From Pelagomonas calceolata (Eukaryota), in contig CAKKNE010000004.1 of assembly GCA_918797485.1 (NCBI GenBank), positions 2,294,001-2,358,000 on the forward strand: a DNA stretch of 64,000 nucleotides, written 5' to 3'. The notes beneath the pieces are model-generated. The model had not been told where the DNA came from and made no database searches. It saw only the letters and a program-made list of their open reading frames with translations. Below, one piece after another: positions 28,960 to 38,605 of this stretch (position 1 is its first letter; each line of letters opens with the position of its first letter). The translations under genes and the position numbers were made by a program.

Positions 28960-29154
28960 CAAGCTGCCAGACTGGTGTGGCTGGCTTGCATCAGTATACA
29001 GTGCAAGGTTGCGGTCGTTTTGGGGTCGCTTCAATCAGCATAGCTCGCTGGGGACGACGCCGGCAAACCACACGAACGCTACGTGCGCATTGCACACCAC
29101 ACACTAAGCGCTGCAAGGCAGTGCTGCAAAAGACAAGAGCAAGCTACGCCATCG

Positions 29155-29940
29155 ATGCGACGCGCGCTCACATTACTCACCAAGCGCGGCATGGCAGCGA
29201 CGAAGACGCACTACGACCGCGTCGCGGCGAGCTACCACGACGCCTACTTCTACAGCGACGCTTATGAAATGTGGCAGCGCGACGAGGTGCTGCAGCGCTT
29301 GGAACTGCGGCCGCACCACCGCGTCGCCGACGTTGGCGGCGGCACGGGTCGCTTCGTCGGCCTCCTCAAGGACGCCGCGGGGCTTTCTACAAAACCGATA
29401 TGTGTGGACCCGAGCGCTGCGATGCTCGAAGCTTGTGAACGCAAAGACGTCGCCTTTGTGCAGAGCGACGCCCGCGCCTACGTCGACGGCCTGCCACCGA
29501 AGGCGCTGGACCGCGTTTTACTGAAGGAGGTCGTCCACCACTTTGGTGATGACGAGCTCGCGTCGATCTGCGCCGGGCTCCACAAAGCCTTGGATGGGAA
29601 CGGCCGCGTGGTCGTCTGCACGCGGCCGCGCGACGACGTCGAGTACCCGTTCTTCGAGGCCGCGCGCGACGTCTGGCGTGCGGCGCAGCCGTCCGCGGAC
29701 CACTTCGTCGACGCCTTCGAGAAGCACGGGTTTTCATGCCGCGTGGACGTCGCGGCTTATCCAGCGGTGATTGACCGGGAGGTCTGGCTCGGGATGATGC
29801 GGAATAGGTTTTGGTCGACCTTCGCCGGCTTCTCCGACGGGGAGCTGGCCGCGGGCGTCGCCGAGGTCGCGGCGGCGCATCCGCCGGGGCCCACCGCCTT
29901 CGAGGAGCGGGTCGTGTTCATCGTGGCGGACGCCGTGTGA
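29155..29940 (+). CDS. Class I SAM-dependent methyltransferase (start 29155 or 29191)
   Basis: VADVGGGTG motif I, CVDPSAAML, DRVLLKEVVHH. Confidence 0.9.
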   Translation: MRRALTLLTKRGMAATKTHYDRVAASYHDAYFYSDAYEMWQRDEVLQRLELRPHHRVADVGGGTGRFVGLLKDAAGLSTKPICVDPSAAMLEACERKDVAFVQSDARAYVDGLPPKALDRVLLKEVVHHFGDDELASICAGLHKALDGNGRVVVCTRPRDDVEYPFFEAARDVWRAAQPSADHFVDAFEKHGFSCRVDVAAYPAVIDREVWLGMMRNRFWSTFAGFSDGELAAGVAEVAAAHPPGPTAFEERVVFIVADAV

Positions 29941-30028
29941 TCTCTGTTGTGCGTGTAAGAGGGCATGTTACGCTATGGACACAGAGAAGGAGGGGGGTCG
30001 GCCTTCGTGCCGATCTAAGGATGGGAGC

Positions 30029-30975
30029 CTAGCACGCCGGATAGCACTTGCAGCACGTCGTCGTATGAGGCGCGTTGGGGAACTTCTGGCACAGGTCCGT
30101 GCAGTCCGTGAGGCCGTTGATCCCCTTCGCGCAGCGAGCCTTGGGGACCTGCGCGCAAATCAACCCGTGAGTCGGGCCACGTAAAATTTTGATTTCCACA
30201 CACAGTTGGGGACGGGAATCGGAGGCTGGCCCGGCGGGGAGTAAAACGCCCGCGGCCGCCCGGTCATACCCCCTTCGCCACACTTCGCGCACGGGTCGTC
30301 CGGGCACGTGATGCCACCTTTCGCGGTGGACCCGGTCTGGGGGCAGCCGCCGCCGCCGCAGCTGATCGAACCGTCCGCGGTGATGCCCGTCTGAATGCAA
30401 TCCCCTCCCGAGCACGTGACCGATCCCGTCGTGACAGTATTGCTCTGGTCGCCTGTGAACCGACCGGTGAGTTCCGTCTACGTAAAAATAGGACACTGGC
30501 GACGCGCAGCCTCCATTGGGGCACTCGATGTCGTCCGGGTTCTTAAGCCGCAGACCGGGCGGTACTCTCTCGTGCACGGCTTCGTGCACGGTCCTTCCGT
30601 GTACGTCGCCCCCGCCTTGTCCGCGTAGCACTTGTTCACGTATTCGACGCCGTCGGAGCCGCAGACCGGCATGAACTCCCTGGTACACGGCGTGGTCTGA
30701 GCCTGAGCGTCCGGAGAGCATTCGCCATCCGTGAACGGCATTCTCGCGCCCTGCGCCTGGCAAGCGTTCCCGTACGTCTTCCCGTTCTCGCCGCAGACGG
30801 GCGCCCATATCATGGGGCACATGAAAAGGTTCGCGCCCGGGAGCCGGTTGACGCTTACGGCCGCCGACGCGCCGACGACGAGGGCGACCGCGGCGACCGC
30901 GGCGATGATTCTGCGCCCTACTAGCTTCTTCGGCGTCGCGGCGGAGCGTTCGTCGATGGTGCCATAGCTCTCCAT
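30029..30975 (-). CDS. Cys-rich surface protein: Kazal-type repeats plus CxGGxC repeats; two small introns and one apparent frameshift
   Basis: TM/signal segment, then PVCGENGKTYGNAC and PVCGSDGVEYVNKC (Kazal). Introns at 30453-30507 (GC-AG) and 30149-30213 (GT-AG); frame break near 30545. Confidence 0.65.
30149..30205 (-). mobile_element. Introner MITE (57 bp) with 8-bp TSD
   Basis: TTGGGGAC at 30141-30148 and 30206-30213; ends ctgcgcgcaaatcaa / ttgatttccacacacag; excision restores IP|VPKARC. Confidence 0.9.
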
Positions 30976-31168
30976 TCTACAGCTGCTTGGCCTGAGAGTT
31001 AATTCTACCGGCGGAGTCGGAAGACGGTAAGCTGGTGACGGCTGGAAATGATGAGGCCCAGGACTCGTCGCCAACTATTCTCTTAGCGCCTATGCTCGGC
31101 GTCTGCGCACGGAAAAAGTGTGAAAAAACCCGTCAGTTCCAGTACTCTTAGTACAAATTACACACACA

Positions 31169-33098
31169 CTACGAGGACTCTTCAACCCCCGTCGCCGCCA
31201 CGACCTCCACGAAAAGCTCCCGCAGCAGCGTCGTCGCGTACGCCCCCGACGGCAGCTCGAAGTCCAACGTGAAACCGTCCTCGACGTGTGCGAAGGAAAA
31301 CGCCCCGGCCGTCACAACAGCCTCCCGCGTCGCGCCCTTGACGCCGAGGCGCCGGAAGGACTCGCTGTCGAGGCCGTCCGCGCGGAGCTGGGCCCGCATC
31401 GCGCGGCCCGCCGGCGTGGATTCGTCCGGCGCGTCGACGGCCGAGCCAATCAAAGGCAGCGCGGCCGGCACGTCGCCGGCGCCGCACGCCGCCGCGGCGC
31501 CTTGATTGAACAGGAACGCCTGGTACGCGTGCGCCCACATCGTCCGCGCGGCGTGCGGCGCCGCTTTGATTGCCTTGGCGGCGTCGCCGGTGCGCACGTA
31601 GGCCTGGGCCACGTCCCGCGCCGGGGACGAGCGCGGGAGCGCGTTGGAGAGCTTCTTCGCGGCAGCTCTAGCGAAATTATCAGTTGAGATGCCCTGGACG
31701 ACGTCCCTTAGATTTTCGTTCGTGGCGAAGTCGGACAAAGCCGACGCGCAGACGACGCGGAAGGCCTCCGCCGCGTCGCCCTGTAACAGGGCCCGCCCGA
31801 TCTTCCAGGTCGCCGGCGGCGTTCCTTCCTGAGCGTCGTCGCGGCCGACGCGCTGCGGGCCGAAGACGTTGAGGCACCGCGGGGCCGCGGCGAAGCGTTT
31901 CAGGGACTGATCTCGGGCGTCATCGGAGACAACGCGGAGCCGGAAGGCGTTGCCCCGCAGCCGGCCGGCGTTGAGCGCCCGCTCGGTGACAGATAACGGC
32001 CAGAGCGTCGCGTCGTCCACTCGGAGACCGCCGCCGTCCGCAACGACGCGCGCCAGGACGCGGCACGCCGTCGCGTCGCGCGACTTGCCCAAATCCACGG
32101 TCAGGAACTGGCGCGTCACCGCGCGGCGGTCCTTGACGCCGGCCGTCGCGAGCGCGCCCGCCGGCAGGCCGAGGCGGCGGCCGGCGGCCCGGATGACGGC
32201 AAAGGCCTCGGCGTTGCGCTTTTCCAGGACGCACCGCACGACGAGCGGCCAGCGCGGGCCGTCGCGCCGCCGCTTCCGGCCGCCGCGCCAGCGCGCCGAG
32301 ATCGTGCCCCCGTCGAGCCTGTGTGGATATCAAATTTCGGGCGCCCCACGCCATCGACGCGACGTCGTCCCCGTGACCGCGCCTGCTCGATGGCGTAGAA
32401 CCTAACTCACTGGTTGACTTCCACACAGCGTCGAGCGTCTTCGTCTCGCAGGCGCGGAACGCCGCGGCCAGCGTCGTGTGCACGGCGCGCCGCGCGTCCT
32501 TGTCGGCGGGGGCCTCAATAGTTGCGGTGGCCTTGTTGCCGCGCGTCCGCCCGAAGCGCTGGAGCCGCTCGACGTCTTCTGCGAAGAGGATCGTCGCGAG
32601 GGGCTTCAGGCGCAGATCCGCCTCCACGACACCGCTCTCGAGCCGGACCCGCGTCCAGGGGAACCCCGTTTCCAGCGCGAGGCGGAGGTTCAGGCGGTTG
32701 CCGCCGTCCGGCAGCGCCACGGATATTGGGGAGGCTCCCACGCCGTCGCGCAGGACCTGGTCCTTTGCGGCGGCGTCGAAGGCCCGGAGCGCGTCTAGTG
32801 TCGCCTCGCCTAGCGTCGCGAGCGCGTCCTCACCATCGCTCTCGTTCGCCTCCGCGGCCGGTTGTTGCTGCCGACTGTCGAGCTTTGCGGCGAGGTCTTC
32901 CAGCGCCGGCTTCAGCGTCGCCTCGGGCGCCCGCGTCATGGCCTCGGACGCCCGCTGGCCGTCCTCGTCGACCTCGTCGACGACGAAATCTTCGGCGCGC
33001 CGCTTGATCGTGCAGCGCGGCAAGAGCTCGTCTAGGCTCGCGTCGGCGCGGCCCCGGAAGGCGAGGCGCGCCTGGTCCGGGAGGCCGGCGGCAGCCAT
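31169..33098 (-). CDS. PUS7: TruD/PUS7-family pseudouridine synthase, 2 exons (33098-32437, 32318-31169)
   Basis: IKRRAEDFVVDEV, AGVKDRRAVTRQ, GRLRGNAF, NVFGPQRVG, HAYQAFLFN, FELPSGAYAT. Confidence 0.9.
32319..32428 (-). mobile_element. Introner MITE (110 bp) with 8-bp TSD forming GC-AG intron 32319-32436
   Basis: CGTCGAGC at 32311-32318 and 32429-32436; TIRs ctgtgtggatatcaa / ttgacttccacacag; excision restores KTLDGGTISARW. Confidence 0.93.
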
Positions 33099-33313
33099 TT
33101 TATGCTTGTTTGTTGTCGACCGCTGCGTTGCACGGCGTGCAGCGTGCGTGCAGCCCCTGCAGCCTGCAGTGCTCTCTGGGTGACTGGCAATAATTGCCGT
33201 TTGCTCTGCCAGTGCCAGCAGCGGCTTTGCTACTATCAATGCGTATTTCTACGGTACGAGCGGTGCAAATAGTGCGAGTTATCAGAGCCTCGTCGCCTGC
33301 TAGCTCAGGATGC

Positions 33314-33334
33314 CTAGTGTCTTACAGCCGCTAG
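33314..33334 (-). promoter_or_regulatory. CTAG-bracketed upstream motif copy
   Basis: CTAGTGTCTTACAGCCGCTAG, between divergent PUS7 and RPLP2. Confidence 0.7.
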
Positions 33335-33793
33335 GGTCAGACACAAAAACACACGGAGACGCTCCCATCGCATCGGGAGGCATCGGTTTATGACTCTTAG
33401 CGGGCCAACGGAGCTCGCGCACAACCCCGCACGCTTGACAGCGAGGCTCACCAAAACTTGACTTTTTGTGCGCCCCAGCGTCGTCGCTACATCCTGTGAG
33501 CAGCCGGTGCTCTCAGTATCGTTTCCTTCGAGCCGTGTGCAGCCTTGGTGCGAAGCTCAGCCGCTCGCTCGCCGTATAAAGCCCTCTGGACGCCATCGAG
33601 CGGAGAGGGGCTAAAAGCAGCGCGAGCGGCAGACGGCACTCACCGTCGGCCCGCCGAGACGCCTCGCCGAGACGCCATCGCCGCGACCGCACACGCTCAC
33701 CGTCGCTTCGCAACGCAGGTCCGTCACCGGCTTAAACACGTTTGGCTCCGCGCGACGGGACCAGACCGCCACCGACGTAGCTACGCGGAGACG

Positions 33794-33994
33794 ATGAAGT
33801 ACGTGTCGACCTATCTGATGCTCGTCATGGGCGGCAACGACAGCCCGTCGGCCGCCGACGTGACGGCGGCCCTCGAGAAGGTCGGCGTTGATGTGGATGC
33901 GGCGGACCTCAAGAGGTTCCTGGCCGGCGTCGAGGGCAAGGACCTCGCGGAGCTCATGGCCGCGGGCAAGGAGAAGCTCGCGAAGTTCGGCGGC

Positions 33995-34025
<31 letters not shown>

Positions 34026-34144
34026 GCGGCGACGCCGCGGAGGAGAAGGAGGAGGAGAAGAAGGAGGAGGAAGAGGAGGAGGAGATCGACATGGCCGGCG
34101 GCATGGACATGTTCGGCGGCGACGGCGGTGGCGACGACTATTGA
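33794..34144 (+). CDS. RPLP2: 60S acidic ribosomal protein P2
   Basis: MKYVSTYLMLVMGGNDSPSAADV...GKDLAELMAAGKEKL, Gly hinge, acidic tail ending DMFGG..DDY. Confidence 0.95.
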
Positions 34145-34422
34145 GTAAAGAGTGTTCCGTTATGTGCCGCGACGACTGGTTTGTTGTGCCGTCGTGCAGC
34201 CAGGCCTCTTCGGGAGGAGTGCTCGGAAGGTCCGCCGAGCCACGCCGAGCAATGGTCCTGCGGATTTTCATCACAATCTCACAACTTGGGCATCTCGCAC
34301 TGTCCCAGGCACTGACATTAATCAGTTTCCGGCATCGCTGTGCCGTGCAGAGCATCGCAGGCACCACATTAATCGAACCAGCACGCGTTGACGCTGCCTC
34401 GCAACAGCACAACCACCACAAG

Positions 34423-35995
34423 ATGGCCAGCCTAGCCGCATCCGCTGCACGAAAGTCGGCCCATGTTGCTCCCTCTTCCCGGCCGCTACCACCCGCCTCA
34501 AGCACCGACGCTTGCCCACCTGCGGCACCAGACAACGACGAGGGCGAGGAGGAGGAGGAGGAGGAGGAGGAGGAGGAGGAGCTTAGCCTCGAGGACCTGC
34601 GGCGGAAGCTCCAGCGGCGCGAGGTCCTCCTCGACGGAGCGGGAGTGCCTGGCGAAGTGCGTGCTCGGCTGTTCTTCCAACAGGAAGCAAGTGCGAGCTC
34701 TGGCAGGCGTAACAGTCGGTGTGGAAATCAACCAGTGAAACGCACGGGGCGCCTGATTTGATTTCCACACAGGTAAGGGCCGGCTCTAGGATGTACCTGC
34801 TCAACATCCAGAAGCGCGAAGCGCGAGGGCCCCTCATTGCGTTGGGGGCCGCCGGCAAGAACCTAGTCCGCGGCGCCTTCGGCGGCCGCTTCGACTTGCA
34901 CGTGCAGTTCCAGAAAACTGCGAAGCCGCCGGTCGTCTGGGTCTGCGGCGCCGACGACGCGCTGCCGGCGGTCGGGCCGTGGACGCCGCCGCAGCTGCGG
35001 GCGGACGACGCGCGGGCGGCGGCGCGGCGCGCGCGCGAGGACGAGGCGCGGGCGCGGGAGCGCCAGTTGTTGGACGACGCCGCGGCGCAACAGCAAGCGC
35101 GCGCCGCGGCCCGCCAGGCGGCGCGCGCGAAGATCGCGGCCGAGCGCGAGGAGCGCGAGCGCCGCGAGCGCGCGGACGCCGCGGCCAAGGCCGAAGCAAA
35201 GCGGGCGCGCGATGCGAAGCGCGCTGCAACGCGGCGCGATCTTGCTGCGGCGCGGCTAGCGGAGGCGCGGACGGCCCTCGAGCGGCGCAATGAGCCGAGC
35301 CGCATCGTGATCGACGTGGCGAACGTGGGCCACTGGAACGCATCGTCCGACAGTGGGGTCACGTTCAACTGGGACCAGGTCGCGGAGGTTTTTCAGTATT
35401 ATAAAAGAAAGGGCCTCAGACCGAGCGGATTTCTGTCGGTTCATACCAATAACCGCAACCCCATGCCTCGGAACTGGCCGTTCAAGGACTGCGTCGCCGT
35501 CGCGGCCGGCCGCGACGGCGAGCGCGACGTCGACGACCGCTTCCTGCTCCACCAGTCGAAGGAGCACCACTGCTCGATCCAGTGCACAAATCAAATCTCG
35601 CGACGGCGCACCCGACTCACTGATTGATTTGCACACAGGCTCGATCGTGACGAACGACAATTTCAGGGGTTGGGAGGAGCGGCTCCCCGACGAGGACGCC
35701 GCGTTCCTCGAGCGCTTCCGGAACGAGCTGCACGTCAACTACGTCTTCGTCGGCCCACGGAGGGGATCGCGTGAAACCTCGTCCCACGCGCTTTCCGCGA
35801 GTGGACGATGCTTAAGAGAACTTTGCGCTCCAGCGAAAACGAGACCGACGGCGTACTTCAGGTTAAATCTATGCGCCGTAGGAGCCGTGCGACCCGCTCG
35901 ACGAGCTGTGCAAGGCGAACTACGAGAACGAGAGCGACGACGCGTGGCTGGCGCAGATCTCGGGGATCATTGCGGATTCGTCTTCGGAGGAGTAA
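34423..35995 (+). CDS. DCD domain + coiled coil + Zc3h12a/Regnase-like NYN (PIN) RNase; multi-exon
   Basis: TERECL..LG..Q|VRAGSRMYLLN..RGP..G.NL..AFGGRF (DCD); IVIDVANV, DDRFLL, IVTNDNFR (NYN). Introns 34691-34772 and 35572-35638, and probably one ending at 35881. 5' frame junction unresolved. Confidence 0.7.
34717..34772 (+). mobile_element. Introner MITE (diverged TSD) within intron 34691-34772
   Basis: gtgtggaaatcaa...ttgatttccacacag; flanking gtgcgagc / gtaagggc both encode V-R-A. Confidence 0.8.
35580..35638 (+). mobile_element. Introner MITE (59 bp) with 8-bp TSD forming GC-AG intron 35572-35638
   Basis: GCTCGATC at 35572-35579 and 35639-35646; ends cagtgcacaaatcaa / ttgatttgcacacag; excision restores EHHCSIVTNDNFR. 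Confidence 0.92.
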
Positions 35996-36039
35996 GCTTA
36001 CTTAAACCGTCGCTTTCAGGGCTCGTGGAGAAATGCGGG

Positions 36040-36060
36040 CTAGCGGCTGTAAGACACTAG
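36040..36060 (+). promoter_or_regulatory. CTAG-bracketed upstream motif copy
   Basis: CTAGCGGCTGTAAGACACTAG followed by CAAG. Confidence 0.7.
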
Positions 36061-36247
36061 CAAGACAAGTGCCCATTTTTTACACCGCGCGCCGGGCGCC
36101 CGAGCGCGCATATCGACTCAGAGCGACCACCGCTACACACGTCTCAAAGCGCGAGTGAACGTCGCATCTCTGGGCGTAAACAAAAAGCCTCTCAGTGGCA
36201 AGTTAAAACAAGGCCATCCGCCCGCGCCAAGCGCCGTCGACGACGAT

Positions 36248-36454
36248 ATGTCCTACGGCGCGCCCGTCGACGGCTGGACTCCCGACAGACGCTCGGCGCT
36301 CGGCCTCGCCGCGGCCGAACACTCGCCCGCCGCGTTCGAGACCGTCGACTTTGCGGAGCAGCTGGACAACTTAGAGAACGACCTGCTCGTCGAGCGGCAG
36401 CAGCAGCGACGCCACGAGGAGCAGGAGGAGAAGGAGGAGATGATTACTAGGTAA
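36248..36454 (+). CDS. Small hypothetical ORF whose 3' end resembles the RPLP2 3' end
   Basis: 68-aa ORF downstream of a motif copy; see finding at 36420. Confidence 0.4.
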   Translation: MSYGAPVDGWTPDRRSALGLAAAEHSPAAFETVDFAEQLDNLENDLLVERQQQRRHEEQEEKEEMITR

Positions 36455-36533
36455 GAGTTGTTCCGTTATTCTGCGTTGCTCGCTGGGTGGGATACTGCTG
36501 TATATCGATAATCGTGAGGCTGAGGCTCGTGAG

Positions 36534-36584
36534 GCTGAGGCTGAGGCTAGTTACGTCGCAGGGTTCCCCGTACCCCTCCCGCTC
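36534..36584. repeat. Dispersed 51-bp repeat shared with 26205-26255
   Basis: 45/51 identity by manual ungapped alignment. Confidence 0.85.
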
Positions 36585-36779
36585 CCCCCGGGCCCACCCG
36601 TCCGGCTGGACTAGGACGCAAGGGCTGAGTCACAGGGACTCGCACGCCCCCCCTTCTTTTGGGACGACCCCCGTCAGGATGTGGAACTGGCCACTGGCTC
36701 CTCTTTTACGACGAGCCGGAAATCAAGTGGTGAGAGAGATGCCCTCGCACACCAGGCCGAGCAATCCTGAAGCGTGCGG

Positions 36780-36800
36780 CTAGTGTCTTACTCACGCTAG
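36780..36800 (-). promoter_or_regulatory. CTAG-bracketed upstream motif copy
   Basis: CTAGTGTCTTACTCACGCTAG. Confidence 0.65.
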
Positions 36801-36894
36801 CTAACAGTAGCGCTTGCTCTCTGATCCATTCGCAGCCGCCTTACAGCCGTGCAAACGCGCAACGCTCCTCCCGCAGCCTCATTTGCTCTCACAA

Positions 36895-37434
36895 ATGAAG
36901 CTGCTCCTCGTGCTCCTCACAACAAGCTACGCCGAGACGCTCGTCGAACAGGCGTCCAACCCCCACATCCAAGACGCGACGTGCGCCGAGGGTGCGTTCG
37001 CCGACCTGCTGGAGCGACCATACCTCTCACCGCTCAAGACCCAAGGCGACACCTTGCAGGGCGTAACGTCCGCGAGGACGCCGGGCGGCGCCCGCGTCAC
37101 GCTGTACGGTTTCAAGCAGCCGAAGCGGTTATCGGCGGCCGAGCTGCCGTTCTCCGTGGCGCCGGTCCAGTGGCCGAGGAATGACCCGCGGCTGCTCGTC
37201 GATGCGGCGGCACCTCATCCTGACTCGTGGTTCGAGGGCTACGCCTGGCGCGTCGTCGGCGCGTCGACGCCGTGCGGCGTCGTCCACCTCGGCTGGCTTT
37301 ACTCGGACGGGTCGACGGAGTTCCTCGCGCTCATCGCGCGGCCCGCGACGGACGGCGAGGCCGTCTGGAGCGTCGGCAACCCGGCGCACGCGGCGCTCGC
37401 GGCGCTGCTCGTCGCATCCGCTGGGAGAACCTAA
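36895..37434 (+). CDS. Secreted stand-alone CULT (cereblon-like) domain protein
   Basis: Signal peptide MKLLLVLLTTSYA; TPGG..VTLYGF; SWFEGYAW; HLGWLY; FLALI. Confidence 0.7.
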   Translation: MKLLLVLLTTSYAETLVEQASNPHIQDATCAEGAFADLLERPYLSPLKTQGDTLQGVTSARTPGGARVTLYGFKQPKRLSAAELPFSVAPVQWPRNDPRLLVDAAAPHPDSWFEGYAWRVVGASTPCGVVHLGWLYSDGSTEFLALIARPATDGEAVWSVGNPAHAALAALLVASAGRT

Positions 37435-37446
37435 TCTGTGTTGAAT

Positions 37447-38220
37447 TTAAAACCCCACGACCTCACGCGCTCGCTCGCGCCAGGCGGCGAGCCACTCGTG
37501 GCCCGGCGCGGCGCGGCGCTTGCCCGGCGCCGTCCGGACGTACTCGTCCCGCAGCCGCAGCAGCTTCTCGTCGCAGTGCTCCGCCACCTCGCGCGCGATA
37601 TTTAACGACCCGCGTACCCCTCGCTCTCGCGCGTACGCCGCGCAGCGCTCGAGGCCGCGCACGCCGATGGCGTCGATCTTATCGGCGTCAGAGACGCAAT
37701 GCCGCAACACCTGGTAATGTTGTGGCAGCGCGGCCCAGGCCGGCACCTCACCGCGTGCGAGCGCCTTGGCCTCGCGCGAGTACGACACGGCGCCCATTAT
37801 TTGTACGACGGCGGCCGCGTCTGATGCCGACAAGGTCTCCGCCAGGAAGCGGTCTCGTCTCTCAATACACGCGCGGCCCGCGTCCGTCGCCGGGTCGACG
37901 TACTTGTGGTCGCAGACGTCGTGGAGGAGCGCGGCGACCTCGACGACGCGCGCGTCGTCGCCGCCGAGCTCAGCATAGATCGCGAGCGCCAGCGCGCGGA
38001 CCCGTTTCGCGTGCGCCAGGCCGTGGCTCTCGCCGCGCGCCTCGAGTTCCGACCGCGCGAACGCCAGCGTCCGCGGGCACGGGTCCGCCGAGGCGGGGTC
38101 GGCGGCCGGCGACGGCAGACCTTCGAACAGCGCGGCCGCGGCGGCGTCTGATGAGCGCTTCAGCGGTTGACTCGCGTCCATGGTCTCGTTCTCGCTGAGT
38201 GCGCGGCGCGTCGTCGGCAT
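37447..38220 (-). CDS. HD-domain metal-dependent phosphohydrolase
   Basis: SHGLAHAKRV, ALLHDVCDHKY, VSDADKIDAIG. Confidence 0.9.
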   Translation of the reverse strand: MPTTRRALSENETMDASQPLKRSSDAAAAALFEGLPSPAADPASADPCPRTLAFARSELEARGESHGLAHAKRVRALALAIYAELGGDDARVVEVAALLHDVCDHKYVDPATDAGRACIERRDRFLAETLSASDAAAVVQIMGAVSYSREAKALARGEVPAWAALPQHYQVLRHCVSDADKIDAIGVRGLERCAAYARERGVRGSLNIAREVAEHCDEKLLRLRDEYVRTAPGKRRAAPGHEWLAAWRERAREVVGF

Positions 38221-38605
38221 CAGTATCTGGGCTGCTGCCCTGGACCGCAATTTGGTGCGCGCCGCGTGCCGCGAAGTGTTAAGTTGGCGCAACGTCGCTC
38301 GTGAGAGTCGTGCTTCGTCTTCAAAAAGAAAAGGCAGTCCGCGGGCGTGGGCGCGCCGCGGTGTGAGCTGAGGAGCAATTTGCGGCAAAGTGAGCATTTT
38401 GCGCAGGGTCCAAACAGGCCGCTGGCTCACTTTTGCGCGCCGAAAAGAAAGCAGCAGCGCTTCACAGCCCCTGTCACGCGCTTAGACGAGCCAGAAGCTC
38501 GAACGGTCGGCGCGCCCGACAACACAGCCACGACCAGAGCAAGCGCCAGTTGGCCTCCGCAAACGAATTCCCGCCGCGCGACGCACGCAACAAACACCAG
38601 CAACC

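Noticed and set aside
33575..33718. TATA box and 5'-UTR intron of RPLP2
   Set aside because: A branch-like GCTCAC and an acceptor-like CGCAG are present, but no donor could be fixed, so it was left uncalled.
33988..34582. Poly-GGC and poly-GAG tracts as special repeats
   Set aside because: Ordinary coding homopolymer runs (Gly hinge of P2; poly-Glu).
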